Shown here piece after piece: positions 1-9,876 of a stretch of DNA of 64,000 bases. This DNA is from a phage. The stretch lies in sequence record PX880103.1. One strand, written 5' to 3'. The first letter of the stretch is position 1. The number at the start of each line of letters is the position of its first letter. The translations under genes and the position numbers were made by a program. The notes under the pieces were generated by a model. The model saw nothing but the letters and a program-made list of their open reading frames with translations, was not told the origin of the DNA and ran no database searches.

Positions 1-361
1 CCATGGCATCTTCAACGTATTGAATCAATTCATAGAACTGTTCACGAGTTAATTGATTAACTTTATCCACACAACGACGATCATCTCGTTTTCGCATTGA
101 ACTCATACGAATAGTAGTATCATCGTCAATCATCCAGATTCGTTGACCTGCATACATATCAGTAATTGCTTTACGAGTACCGGCAATTCCGTTTACATCA
201 TCAGGAATAGTTATAATTTTAGCTCTAGACCCATAGGCATCATAATAAGCTTTTTCTTCATGTTCACGCACTACAATATGCGGTTCATAATCAGTCGGAA
301 ACATATCAAGGGCAGAAACTGCCCCTACGCGCTGATAACTTGGAATTACAAATTGAATCAT
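1..361 (-). CDS. Glycosyltransferase, 5' part only (gene runs off window start); GT-A-like DxD motif
   Basis: Hand translation of minus strand from ATG at 361: MIQFVIPSYQRVGAV...QRIWMIDDDTTIRM...; start overlaps gene 42 stop (ATGA); sits at the T4 beta-gt position but does not match T4 beta-gt sequence as remembered. Confidence 0.5.
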   Translation of the reverse strand, partial: MIQFVIPSYQRVGAVSALDMFPTDYEPHIVVREHEEKAYYDAYGSRAKIITIPDDVNGIAGTRKAITDMYAGQRIWMIDDDTTIRMSSMRKRDDRRCVDKVNQLTREQFYELIQYVEDAM

Positions 362-1098
362 TTCCACTCACCGTTATAATCTTTTTTCACAATATGAGTT
401 TCGCCAGTATTCCACCAATGATCAACCAAGTAAAAATGACGAGAATATACATGAAGACTTCCAACATTCCATATAATAGAACCTGCTTTATACTGACGAG
501 TTGAATCGCCTGCATTCAAATCAGATACTAATTTATCTAATACGTATTTTTGCCATGCATAATCATTACGGAATCCGAAGACTACGTCATTTGAACGCAT
601 GCTTACTACTGCATTGACTTTCTTATCACGAATCAGGTACTGTACTGTATTCGTACACATGAAATCTGACATACCATCTTTATTGTAGTCAAACTGCATG
701 GATGGACGAGTATAAATCATGATACCGCGTCGAGAATCAGGATTTTGACCAAGTTCAGCTAAACACATATCATACTGGGCATAGTTATCTTCTGACCAGA
801 TAGCCCAACCATAATTCGAGTTAATTTCACCTTTAGAAGATGCTACTTGTTGCCAAATCTTCGGTGTTTCACCCGGAATATCTTTAACGAACAAGCTCTT
901 AGATTTATACCATTCAAGTTCACGCTGAATGTATTCATCATTAAGAGCGCCAAAAATAAACGGTTCATCTGCTATAAATGATGCGCCAATAATTTCAATA
1001 GTTTTAACACCAGTTTTATCAACTACGAAATCTTTTTCTTTTAATGCAAGCCCCAAATGAAGACGGATTTCTTCAACTGTCATAGAGTCACTAATCAT
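358..1098 (-). CDS. 42: dCMP hydroxymethylase
   Basis: 246 aa ORF, length and sequence match T4 gp42 as remembered; synteny imm-42. Confidence 0.92.
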   Translation of the reverse strand: MISDSMTVEEIRLHLGLALKEKDFVVDKTGVKTIEIIGASFIADEPFIFGALNDEYIQRELEWYKSKSLFVKDIPGETPKIWQQVASSKGEINSNYGWAIWSEDNYAQYDMCLAELGQNPDSRRGIMIYTRPSMQFDYNKDGMSDFMCTNTVQYLIRDKKVNAVVSMRSNDVVFGFRNDYAWQKYVLDKLVSDLNAGDSTRQYKAGSIIWNVGSLHVYSRHFYLVDHWWNTGETHIVKKDYNGEWK

Positions 1099-1105
1099 TT
1101 AAACC

Positions 1106-1255
1106 TCAATTGATACATTCATATTTAACTTGTAACAGTAATAAACTCCAACCTAAAATAATAGTTGGAATCATAAGAGGAACCGTTACACTATAGTATA
1201 TACTTATTATAACCATCAAGATTAAAAGCAACACTGCTATAATTTTGCTTTTCAT
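1106..1255 (-). CDS. Small hydrophobic peptide (49 aa), translationally coupled to imm
   Basis: Hand-found ORF below track threshold; ATG overlaps imm stop (ATGA); strongly hydrophobic. Confidence 0.3.
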   Translation of the reverse strand: MKSKIIAVLLLILMVIISIYYSVTVPLMIPTIILGWSLLLLQVKYECIN

Positions 1256-1503
1256 TCCTTCTCTCTGATGATAATTACTTGATTTGGCTGTGCAGACTTT
1301 TTAGTTTCACCCGCAATTGACCAAATAAATGTAATAAACCAACCAATAATTGACCAGTTAAACAGTAAAGACGTGAAAAAGATTCCTACTGTCGATTTTG
1401 ACCCACGCATCAAGGCGATAAACCACGGAAGCATGTATATAATAATAGCCAACACACCTGAAACTAAAACCATAAAAATTGAACCTGCTATTAAAGTTTC
1501 CAT
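1252..1503 (-). CDS. imm: Superinfection immunity membrane protein Imm
   Basis: 83 aa two-helix membrane protein at the T4 imm position between genes 43 and 42. Confidence 0.65.
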   Translation of the reverse strand: METLIAGSIFMVLVSGVLAIIIYMLPWFIALMRGSKSTVGIFFTSLLFNWSIIGWFITFIWSIAGETKKSAQPNQVIIIREKE

Positions 1504-1510
1504 GTTTTCC

Positions 1511-1891
1511 TCACTTAATCAAATTTTTTACACATGAATTATAAGAATTCACTACATACTCCATCGGAGCATTTTTACCAGTACGCCACTGGTAATTATT
1601 AGCCCAATTTGCCCAAAGTTCTGCGCAGTAGTTTTCAATTTTTTCTTCGCGTGTAATTACATCAGAATTACGATATGCTTGAGCAGATTCATCTGGACGA
1701 ATAGCTTCGTCAAAATTCGCCTGCATTTGTTCTACTGTCTGTTTTGGAGCTTCTTTATAACACTTGACATTAGGATTATAAAATTTGCTTGAACAGTTTA
1801 CAATTTTTCCTACATCAGACTGATTTATTACCGGTCCTTGAGCTACACAACCAGTAAGACCTAATGCAATAACCAAAATAGCGATTTTCAT
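1511..1891 (-). CDS. Putative lipoprotein (signal peptide with LTGC lipobox)
   Basis: Start moved to internal Met preceded by GGAGA SD; the longer track N-terminus runs into the early promoter; N-terminal hydrophobic segment plus Cys. Confidence 0.45.
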   Translation of the reverse strand: MKIAILVIALGLTGCVAQGPVINQSDVGKIVNCSSKFYNPNVKCYKEAPKQTVEQMQANFDEAIRPDESAQAYRNSDVITREEKIENYCAELWANWANNYQWRTGKNAPMEYVVNSYNSCVKNLIK

Positions 1892-1917
1892 TTCATTCTC
1901 CAAATCCGTATCAGTTG

Positions 1918-1958
1918 ATAGTTATATAGTACCATAGAAGAACAGTCTTGTAAACAGT
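1918..1958 (-). promoter_or_regulatory. Early promoter (T4 early consensus: AT-rich upstream, -35 GTTTAC, -10 TAtAAT-like)
   Basis: Minus strand ...TTTTTCACAAAACTGTTTACA-N17-TACTATATAAC; one of 11 copies of the same ~50 nt motif in this window. Confidence 0.6.
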
Positions 1959-2035
1959 TTTGTGAAAAAATTTTTTAGGGAATTCTAAAGGTCCAGAATC
2001 ATCTGTTTTTCATAAGTATAGATTTATATTACTTG

Positions 2036-2060
2036 TATGAAAAAGGGACCCGGAGGTCCC
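2036..2060 (-). terminator. Rho-independent terminator after gene 43
   Basis: Minus strand GGGACCUCCGGGUCCC followed by UUUUUCAUAC. Confidence 0.6.
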
Positions 2061-2073
2061 TAGATTTATTCTA

Positions 2074-4770
2074 TCAGCCAAACAGGAAGTCTAACGAAGC
2101 TTTTTCCTCATAGTCCATACCCGCCGATTCACACATACCCGCAAGCGGTTTAACAAACGATTTTTGGAACAAAGTTGAGTAGTCAATCCAAGACAGTACG
2201 TCAGAACGAATTTCCTTTGGAAGTTCTGTACCCGACGGCCAAGCAATACACTTGTCACCAAATGGATTTCCTTCACGTAATGGAAGAACCATTACTTTAT
2301 TTCCATCCAAAATTGGAGCTACACCTAAACCACTAACAGCTCGACGATAAGTTAGCACACCACGAATATGGAACGGGCATTTAAATCCTGGCCAACCTTT
2401 ATCATCATATTTCGCTATATCGTTCGCAGTTTTTACTTCAGCAATAACTTTATAGTCAAGTTGACGATATTCTTTCTCGAAGTTCTTGTAATATTCTTGG
2501 ACAGACTCTTCACCTTCCTGAAGAATACGACGAATACTTTCTTCGAGAGCTTCTTGCACTGCCTTTGGTGTTGAACTCTGCTGAGTTTCCATACCCATGA
2601 TTTTTAGATGCGGTTCAGCAAATCGCTTATCTTCCATATCATAAACGTTCAGAGCATAACGCTTTTTCGCTTTCCAAAATCCACCAACACCCTTTGAACC
2701 AAGTGGAGGGCAAGAAATAGCTTCACGGTCCATATGCATCAGATGCTCGCGGTTATTCATATAATCACATAACTCACGATATGCAACATCAATCATAGGT
2801 TCCATCTTTTTCTTACCGAACTGATTCATGAATTCAACCAAATCGTTCTGCTCTTTGAATCGGTCAAGACCTACTTTTTCAATAACTTTATCTACGCAAA
2901 CATATACCGAATCAGTATCACCTGCTGCAATGAAATCTTCACCATTAGTTCCGCATACTTTATTCAGATATTCATTAATTTTACGAGCAATCCACTGAAT
3001 ACCAACTTGGCCGAAAATTGTGATAGCAGTAGCATTTCGCAAATCATAGTAACGGAAATGAATATTACCAAGAGCACCATAAAGACTGTTAATAAGAATT
3101 TTACGGTTCAGCTGATTTGTGTTAGCAAGTGTAGCTGCTTTTTCACATTCCTCAATCAGACTATTGAGAACAGATTCAGTATAATTCGATAGCTCATTTA
3201 AGAAATCATCACTGAACTTAACATATCGTTCAACTTCTGGTTTAGTTGAACAGGACCCTGCGCCTTTCATAATAATCTTTTTAATAGCTTCGGCATTCAT
3301 TTCTTCAGCGAACATTTTCTTTTTCCAATCTTTACGCTGGAAAAATACTTTAGCAATTTCCTTTGGAATGATACCTTCTTGATGCTTATCATACATCCAT
3401 CCATTCGGAGAACAAGAATATTCATCACTCGGTTTAGGAGCTGTTCCTGCGATATATTCATGAATTGGATGAACTTTAAACTGCCCACGAATAGTCTCAG
3501 GACTAATGTTAACCTGACGAATAATGCTCGGATACAGAGACGTCAAGTCAAAACTCATAATATATCGACGAGCAATTGGTTTAGGTTCAAATACAAATGC
3601 ACCCGGAAAACTTTGTTTAACGTGCGAACCTTGTTGAGGAATAACCTTATGTTCACCTTTCAATGAGTTAAAAATAATAGCATCCCAAGTTTTAATAGGA
3701 CTCATTACACCAGAAAAAGGCATTTTAGCATAATAAGACATACTTAAAACTAGATCGATAAACCCGCGAATTTTATCAATTGCTTGAACTGATTCTACGT
3801 CAATGATGTTATAACTAATGTATCGTTGATGATTAGTCTCACGAAGTTTATTAATAGGGCCATCATATGGTAATTTACCTTTTTTGGTTTCATGTTGAGC
3901 AACTGATTCCAAAGAGAATGACGGCAAATTAGTAAAAGCGAATTTCTTGTATAAATCTAAATAATCAAGAATAGATACGCCATCAATAGAATAAATTTCT
4001 TTGCTACCGTACATATTTTGAATTAGTTTAGATTTTACTCGACCGATTGGAGAGAAGCGTTTCATACTGCGTTCACCTAGAATCATTTTAACACGATTCA
4101 TGATATATGGAACGTCAAATCCCTCAATATTCCAACCAGTAAAAATAGCAGGTCGTTTCTGTTCCCAGAGATTGATATATTCCATGAGCATATCACGCTC
4201 ATTATCGAATGGCATATAAATTACTCGGTCAAGAATTTCTTGAGGAACTTCATCACCACCTTCACAGTCAAGCTTAGCAGCTAACTTTGCATCCCATTTT
4301 GATACTGAGCCGTACATTGAATTCAAAAGGTCGAAAACATAAAAACGGTCGTCAATTGAATCATAATGAGTGATAGCATCAATTTCATATTCTGCTTTCA
4401 TTGGGTCAGGAAATTTATCACCAGTAACCTCAATGTCACAGTTAGCTACACGAACAAATTTTCGGTCATAAACAATTTCTGAACCATATGTATCACTGAT
4501 ATAAGCGAGTTTAAAATCGTTCATACCGAGAGCTTCGAGACCGATGTCTTCCATTCGCTTCATCCAATCTCGAGCATCTTTCATTGATGGAAATTTTTGA
4601 GGAGCGCAGTTTTTACCATAGATGTCTTTGTATTTTGACTCTTCCTTACAATGCCTAAACATAGTTGGAAGATATTCTACTTCACGAGTACGTTCCTTTC
4701 CATTTTCATCAATATAGCGTTCAACAATATTATTTCCGACTGTTTCGATAGAGATATAAAATTCTTTCAT
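2074..4770 (-). CDS. 43: DNA polymerase (family B) with 3'-5' exonuclease
   Basis: 898 aa, matches T4 gp43 length and sequence as remembered. Confidence 0.95.
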   Translation of the reverse strand: MKEFYISIETVGNNIVERYIDENGKERTREVEYLPTMFRHCKEESKYKDIYGKNCAPQKFPSMKDARDWMKRMEDIGLEALGMNDFKLAYISDTYGSEIVYDRKFVRVANCDIEVTGDKFPDPMKAEYEIDAITHYDSIDDRFYVFDLLNSMYGSVSKWDAKLAAKLDCEGGDEVPQEILDRVIYMPFDNERDMLMEYINLWEQKRPAIFTGWNIEGFDVPYIMNRVKMILGERSMKRFSPIGRVKSKLIQNMYGSKEIYSIDGVSILDYLDLYKKFAFTNLPSFSLESVAQHETKKGKLPYDGPINKLRETNHQRYISYNIIDVESVQAIDKIRGFIDLVLSMSYYAKMPFSGVMSPIKTWDAIIFNSLKGEHKVIPQQGSHVKQSFPGAFVFEPKPIARRYIMSFDLTSLYPSIIRQVNISPETIRGQFKVHPIHEYIAGTAPKPSDEYSCSPNGWMYDKHQEGIIPKEIAKVFFQRKDWKKKMFAEEMNAEAIKKIIMKGAGSCSTKPEVERYVKFSDDFLNELSNYTESVLNSLIEECEKAATLANTNQLNRKILINSLYGALGNIHFRYYDLRNATAITIFGQVGIQWIARKINEYLNKVCGTNGEDFIAAGDTDSVYVCVDKVIEKVGLDRFKEQNDLVEFMNQFGKKKMEPMIDVAYRELCDYMNNREHLMHMDREAISCPPLGSKGVGGFWKAKKRYALNVYDMEDKRFAEPHLKIMGMETQQSSTPKAVQEALEESIRRILQEGEESVQEYYKNFEKEYRQLDYKVIAEVKTANDIAKYDDKGWPGFKCPFHIRGVLTYRRAVSGLGVAPILDGNKVMVLPLREGNPFGDKCIAWPSGTELPKEIRSDVLSWIDYSTLFQKSFVKPLAGMCESAGMDYEEKASLDFLFG

Positions 4771-4806
4771 AGATATTCCTTAGTTTATAGCCCGAGTTAT
4801 TAGGCT
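4771..4806 (-). promoter_or_regulatory. Gene 43 translational operator (RNA hairpin bound by DNA polymerase)
   Basis: Minus strand AGCCUAAUAACUCGGGCU then AUAAACUAAGGAAUAUCUAUG; loop AAUAACUC matches the T4 gp43 operator loop as remembered. Confidence 0.55.
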
Positions 4807-4820
4807 TTGATATATTATAC

Positions 4821-4843
4821 TCCAAATAAGGGGCCGAAGCCCC
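4821..4843 (-). terminator. UUCG-tetraloop hairpin after regA (terminator or RNA stability element)
   Basis: Minus strand GGGGCUUCGGCCCC then UUAUUUGG. Confidence 0.4.
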
Positions 4844-4847
4844 TTGC

Positions 4848-5216
4848 TTAATTACCAATCGTATATTTAGGAACAAGTTTCCATTCATGTTTTTGTTTAA
4901 AAGAAATAACTCGGAAGTTATTAGTTAAATCTTTCATAAAAGTTCTTTGACCAGGAACGATTTCAATCAGTCCCCAATCTTCTAATAGCCATGCAATCGA
5001 ATCACGACGAACTTCATCTTCTTCTGTCATTTCAACTTGGCGACCATCCATACGAAGCATTTCTTTAAAATGAACGATATAGTATAGTCCTTTTTTCTGA
5101 AGAATATGACAGGACTGATACAGAACTTTATCTTTATTATTAGCAATTCCCATACGAGTCAAAGTTTCTTTTACTTTCAGAAAATCTTCAGGTTTTTTAA
5201 GAGTAATTTCAATCAT
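4848..5216 (-). CDS. regA: Translational repressor RegA
   Basis: 122 aa, matches T4 RegA; synteny 43-regA-62. Confidence 0.9.
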   Translation of the reverse strand: MIEITLKKPEDFLKVKETLTRMGIANNKDKVLYQSCHILQKKGLYYIVHFKEMLRMDGRQVEMTEEDEVRRDSIAWLLEDWGLIEIVPGQRTFMKDLTNNFRVISFKQKHEWKLVPKYTIGN

Positions 5217-5217
5217 T

Positions 5218-5781
5218 TTACCATTCCAATGCTAGTTTTTTGAGTTGTTTCTGTTCTTTTACGTTCTTAGTCACTTCTTTCAAAAAATCATCCGTGACTA
5301 AACCTTTTAGTTCTTTTAATACTAAAGGTAGTTTTCCGTTTTTAGTAAGAATTGATTTATAGTTAATTGCATCATTTGTATTAACTTGATACCGCTTAGC
5401 AAGTAACTTAATAATCAATACTTCGGTGGAATCTTCAACCAGTTTTGCCCATTTACCATATCTTTTACCACGAGGAACTGCAGCCATTAGATAATTAAAA
5501 TGAGCTTCATCACTTAAGCCTGATCCAATTAAATTCATAGCATATACAGCTGGCATGCACTCTGGAAATTGTGATAATGCATTTTCAACCATGAATTTTG
5601 AATAATCCTTTTGAGCAATAGAGCATTTAGTTTTATTATTGATAGCTCCAATTATTTCAAAAAATTCATTTTCAGCTTTTTCTTTAAAAGAATCAGCAGC
5701 GGATTGGACAGCTGTCCAATCTTTTGAATACCAAGCAACTTGATGCTCGTTTAATTGAATATCATCTTCAAATAAGCTCAT
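5218..5781 (-). CDS. 62: Clamp loader small subunit
   Basis: 187 aa from MSLFEDD start, which overlaps gene 44 stop; T4 gp62 is 187 aa. Confidence 0.85.
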   Translation of the reverse strand: MSLFEDDIQLNEHQVAWYSKDWTAVQSAADSFKEKAENEFFEIIGAINNKTKCSIAQKDYSKFMVENALSQFPECMPAVYAMNLIGSGLSDEAHFNYLMAAVPRGKRYGKWAKLVEDSTEVLIIKLLAKRYQVNTNDAINYKSILTKNGKLPLVLKELKGLVTDDFLKEVTKNVKEQKQLKKLALEW

Positions 5782-5782
5782 A

Positions 5783-6742
5783 TCACTTCCACTGCATTTC
5801 ACATGCTAATTGAATGAAAAGATAAACTAAATGCAATTCAGTATTAGCTGCAATACCATGATACTGATTATTTTCGCCAACAATTTCGTACATACGAATA
5901 ATACTCTGTGGAGTTACACGTGAATAGATTTCTTCGGCAAGTTTACCCACGAACCACGAATAATCAGCCGCATATTTTGGTGCTAAAGCTCTGAGTTGTT
6001 TAACATCTTTATTTTTGAGAGACTCAAGAACATCATCAATAGCACCACGATCGTTAGTAACCAGTGATAAAATACCAGCATCCAAAACACCTTTAGATGA
6101 ATAACTATCGAGCTCGCCAATAGTTTTACGAAAATCAGGAAAATTCTTTTTAACCAAAGCTGCTACAACTTTCATATCAGCTATAGCAATTCCTTCATGC
6201 TTACAGATTTCAGTCAATCGACGAATCATCTGCTTCATCATTTCAATTTTATCTTCATCGGTCGGTTGACCGAATGTAATAACTCGACAGCGTGACTGAA
6301 GTGGTTTAATAATACCATCAATATTGTTAGCAGTAATAATAATACTACAGTTTGAACTATAAGCTTCCATAAAGGAACGAAGATGTCGCTGAGACTCTGC
6401 TAACCCTGAGCGGTCAAATTCATCAATAACGATTACTTTTTGACGACCATCAAATGAAGCGGCGCTGGCAAAATTAGTCAAAGGACCACGAACGAAATCA
6501 ATTTTACAATCTGATCCATTCACAAACATCATATCAGCATTTACATCATGACACAATGCTTTTGCTACAGTTGTTTTACCTGTTCCTGGAGAAGGAGAAT
6601 GAAGAATAATATGTGGAATCTTACCTTTACTTGTAATAGATTTAAAGGTTTCTTTATCAAAGGCGGGAAGAATACATTCATCGATAGTAGATGGACGATA
6701 TTTCTGTTCAAGAATGTGTTCTTTTTCATTTACGGTAATCAT
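5783..6742 (-). CDS. 44: Clamp loader large subunit (AAA+ ATPase)
   Basis: Walker A GTGKTT; 319 aa from internal Met matches T4 gp44 length. Confidence 0.9.
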   Translation of the reverse strand: MITVNEKEHILEQKYRPSTIDECILPAFDKETFKSITSKGKIPHIILHSPSPGTGKTTVAKALCHDVNADMMFVNGSDCKIDFVRGPLTNFASAASFDGRQKVIVIDEFDRSGLAESQRHLRSFMEAYSSNCSIIITANNIDGIIKPLQSRCRVITFGQPTDEDKIEMMKQMIRRLTEICKHEGIAIADMKVVAALVKKNFPDFRKTIGELDSYSSKGVLDAGILSLVTNDRGAIDDVLESLKNKDVKQLRALAPKYAADYSWFVGKLAEEIYSRVTPQSIIRMYEIVGENNQYHGIAANTELHLVYLFIQLACEMQWK

Positions 6743-6774
6743 AATTTCCTCATTCAAGTTTTAGTGTAAATTAT

Positions 6775-6793
6775 AAAGGGCCGAAGCCCTTTA
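6775..6793 (-). other. UUCG-tetraloop hairpin between genes 45 and 44
   Basis: Minus strand AAAGGGCUUCGGCCCUUU. Confidence 0.4.
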
Positions 6794-7480
6794 TTAAAAA
6801 TCGTGGGTAGAATCAGCTTCAAGAGCTACTACATAATTCGCGTGTTCACCTTCAAATTTAGCAGCACCTTGTTTACCTTTTGCCCAGAGCAGAAGTTTAT
6901 AATTTCCTGGTTGCATTTTCATATTTGCCATATTGATAATGAAATTAAATGTATTTTCACCATCATAATCACCAAGAGTCAAAGAATATTTAACACGGGT
7001 CAGAGCAGAATCTTCTACTTTATTAAAACCGTTAATTACGATTTTACCTTCTTTTACCGTGATAGCAATTGTATCAATTTGCAGACCACGAGATACACGC
7101 AACAGTTGTTGAAGGTCTTCAGCTTTAATTTCAGTAACAACAGATGCTACTGGGAATGGAATTGGTTTATTAGGAGCAACTACTGTACTCGGATCGGCTG
7201 CTGGCCAAAAAATTGTTGAGCGGGCATCAGCAATTTTAATATTTCCATCTTCTGACTGGGAAATTTCTGCATCATCATTAACTAGAGACAGAATACCGAG
7301 AAAACCGTTCAAATCGTAAATTGCTACATCAAAATCAATAACGTCAGAAATATTTGCTTCCGCGTAAGTTGTACCATTAACTGCGCGAGTCATAATAAAT
7401 TGACCGGATTTAAGCATAATGCCAGAGTTAATAGTAGCGAAATTTTTAAGCAGAGCAGTAGTATCTTTAGACAGTTTCAT
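6794..7480 (-). CDS. 45: Sliding clamp
   Basis: 228 aa, T4 gp45 length and position. Confidence 0.9.
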   Translation of the reverse strand: MKLSKDTTALLKNFATINSGIMLKSGQFIMTRAVNGTTYAEANISDVIDFDVAIYDLNGFLGILSLVNDDAEISQSEDGNIKIADARSTIFWPAADPSTVVAPNKPIPFPVASVVTEIKAEDLQQLLRVSRGLQIDTIAITVKEGKIVINGFNKVEDSALTRVKYSLTLGDYDGENTFNFIINMANMKMQPGNYKLLLWAKGKQGAAKFEGEHANYVVALEADSTHDF

Positions 7481-7507
7481 GTAATTTCCTTCAATTCAAA
7501 TGAGATT

Positions 7508-7536
7508 TAATTTTATAACTAATTTAATAAAGCAAT
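7508..7536 (-). promoter_or_regulatory. Candidate MotA-dependent middle promoter for gene 45
   Basis: Minus strand AATTGCTTTA (MotA-box-like TGCTT) then ~10 nt then TATAAAAT, upstream of gene 45 start. Confidence 0.4.
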
Positions 7537-7925
7537 TAACGATTAAAATCAGCCGCAATTGTTTCCGCAACAATTTGAGCAGCAACAATTAGACGTTCAT
7601 CTGCATTACCGCAATAATCATCTTCAAGGCGTTCACCACATGAAGTCATAATAAATTTAGCACCGGCGTTTAGGGATTCTGCAGTATGTTTGCGCATTAG
7701 TTCAATCCATTTATTACTTACTTCACGATCGATAGCTTCATAATACGCATGACGAGCAGGTGCAGATTTAATTTTGTTCTGAATAACTTCCATCGCGTTA
7801 TCAGAAAGAGACAAAACCCACGCTCGACGAATTTTATTTTGGTTTTGTGGATTTGATTCAGAACGCACGTGTTTTGGCTGAATATCTTTTACATCAACAG
7901 TATAATTCACAGTAATTTTAGTCAT
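7536..7925 (-). CDS. rpbA: RNA polymerase binding protein RpbA
   Basis: 129 aa, T4 RpbA length and position between 45 and 46. Confidence 0.75.
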   Translation of the reverse strand: MTKITVNYTVDVKDIQPKHVRSESNPQNQNKIRRAWVLSLSDNAMEVIQNKIKSAPARHAYYEAIDREVSNKWIELMRKHTAESLNAGAKFIMTSCGERLEDDYCGNADERLIVAAQIVAETIAADFNR

Positions 7926-7934
7926 AATACACCT

Positions 7935-8123
7935 TTAGTCATAATAATCAGTAACAGTCCAAGCTTCATTTCTATTGGACATTATTTTTGTATATTCTGC
8001 TTTAAATGCATTCCTAAGCATAGATTCAGTAACTATATGCTCTTCATTAGAAAAATTATTTCTCAGAATATATCGTTTTATTTCAGGAATAGTTAATAGA
8101 TGCTGTCCAGTTGAATATTCCAT
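7935..8123 (-). CDS. Hypothetical protein (45.2-like)
   Basis: 62 aa ORF at the T4 45.2 position. Confidence 0.45.
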   Translation of the reverse strand: MEYSTGQHLLTIPEIKRYILRNNFSNEEHIVTESMLRNAFKAEYTKIMSNRNEAWTVTDYYD

Positions 8124-8178
8124 GTTTTTCCTCCATAGAGATTATACTCTAATAAATTAAAGCATAATCTCTTATAAA

Positions 8179-9861
8179 TTAAACCATTACAGTAAATCGA
8201 CCAACTTTCTTCATTTGAAGATGCTGACCGTATGCTTGCGGGTCATGGTCTCTATGCGAAATAACAAAAACGTTAGTATTTTTTAAACTATCTAAAATAG
8301 TTGAAATAGCTTTTACACCTTCAACGTCGGTCGCTGAATCAAAAACTTCGTCAAGAATTAGCGTGTTTATTTTAACACCTGAAACTTTTTCAGCAATATC
8401 ACGCCAAGTAAATAAAAGAGCAATATCAATTCGTGCTTTTTCACCTTGACTGAATGAAGCATAACTAAAATCTTCACGACCACGGGATTTAATTGTCTCA
8501 TTAAATTCTTCATCTAATGTAAACACATAATCCGCTTCCATTATTTTAAGATAATGGTTAATCTGCTTATTAAATAATGGAATGTACTTTTTAATAATAG
8601 CACCTTTAATACCAGAATCTTTGAGCATATCAGTCAAAATTCCTCGGTGGTATTTTTCCATTACTAAATTAGTTTTTGTCTTAACAATTTTATCAAGTTC
8701 TTCTTGAAGCAGTGCTATTTCATCAGCATGGTCAATAAACTCAGAAGATGCTTTTTCTATAGCCGCTTTAACTTTTTTAGCTTTATCTACCGTCGTGATT
8801 AGAGATTGCTTTTTATTGCGAATATCATTTGCCAACGACTGTTGGGTTTTAATATTATCTCGGTATTCATCAACAAGAACTTTTAAATTATCACGGTGTG
8901 TTGAAAGCTGTTCAAACGAATACGTACATTCAGAAACTTTATCTTTAATTTTGGAAACAACTTTATCACCGGAACTCAATTGCGACAAACAGGTTGGACA
9001 TAATCCACCTTCGTGATACATATTAATGACTTTATTATACGAGTCAATTTTTGATTTAATTAAAACTGCTTCTTGACCGATTTTATTAAATGCATCAGTC
9101 GGGTCTTCATCTAAAACAATATTAACTAATCTTTCATTAGCTTCTTCTATTTCCGATTTTAGCGTTCTAGCTTCTTTTGCCAAATCATCATACATATTTT
9201 GCAGACGAGTAAGGTTGTCACCAGTTAATTTTTTCTGGCGTTCAACATTATCATTATATATTTTAATTTGTTGGATAATACTATCTTTTTTAACATCAAG
9301 CACTTGGTTCTGTGAATTTAATTCACGTATTAGTGCTTTGTTAAGCTTATCCATTTCAGCTAATGTTCCTACCTCAAGCAGGTCTTCCACAAGCTTTCTT
9401 CGCACAGGGGTCGACAAACCCATGAAAGGGGTATACCCTGCTGTACCAAGGACAACAATCTGCTTGAAACTGGCATATGACATTCCGATAAGCTGTTCAA
9501 ATTCTGCTTGGAAATCTTTACTGCTGGCAGATTCATTAAGACGTGTACCGTTAACGGTGATTTCGAAAACGTTTGGTTTTTGTCCTCTTTTGATATAGTA
9601 CTTTTTCTCATCATATTCCATCCACAGTTCAACTAAAAGTTCTTTCTTATTTGTGCTGTTTATTAATTGACCTTTCTTTACATCACGAAATGGCTTGCCA
9701 AAAAGCCCAAATGTGATGGCTTCTAACATAGTAGACTTACCACCGCCATTTCGTCCAGTAATAAGAGTTTTTTGAACCTTATCTAATTGAATGTCAACTC
9801 CATTTTGACCAACTGACATTATATTTTTATATTTTACTCTATTAAGTTTAAATGATTTCAT
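8179..9861 (-). CDS. 46: Recombination endonuclease subunit (Rad50-like SMC ATPase)
   Basis: 560 aa; Walker A GRNGGGKST, zinc-hook CPTC, long coiled coil; T4 gp46 length. Confidence 0.9.
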   Translation of the reverse strand: MKSFKLNRVKYKNIMSVGQNGVDIQLDKVQKTLITGRNGGGKSTMLEAITFGLFGKPFRDVKKGQLINSTNKKELLVELWMEYDEKKYYIKRGQKPNVFEITVNGTRLNESASSKDFQAEFEQLIGMSYASFKQIVVLGTAGYTPFMGLSTPVRRKLVEDLLEVGTLAEMDKLNKALIRELNSQNQVLDVKKDSIIQQIKIYNDNVERQKKLTGDNLTRLQNMYDDLAKEARTLKSEIEEANERLVNIVLDEDPTDAFNKIGQEAVLIKSKIDSYNKVINMYHEGGLCPTCLSQLSSGDKVVSKIKDKVSECTYSFEQLSTHRDNLKVLVDEYRDNIKTQQSLANDIRNKKQSLITTVDKAKKVKAAIEKASSEFIDHADEIALLQEELDKIVKTKTNLVMEKYHRGILTDMLKDSGIKGAIIKKYIPLFNKQINHYLKIMEADYVFTLDEEFNETIKSRGREDFSYASFSQGEKARIDIALLFTWRDIAEKVSGVKINTLILDEVFDSATDVEGVKAISTILDSLKNTNVFVISHRDHDPQAYGQHLQMKKVGRFTVMV

Positions 9862-9876
9862 TTTGTATCCAATTGT

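Noticed and set aside
143-379. Plus-strand 78 aa ORF at the window start
   Set aside because: Lies antisense to a convincing minus-strand glycosyltransferase ORF that is translationally coupled to gene 42; no SD and low-complexity translation.
2091-9632. Multiple 60 to 140 aa ORFs from the track inside genes 43, 44, 45 and 46 (2091..2276, 2368..2574, 3007..3192, 3297..3488, 3379..3666, 6548..6769, 6803..7219, 7869..8096, 7975..8160, 8795..9016, 9215..9598, 9369..9632)
   Set aside because: All are embedded in or antisense to well-supported conserved genes; AT-rich sequence gives frequent chance ORFs and none has a plausible ribosome-binding site.
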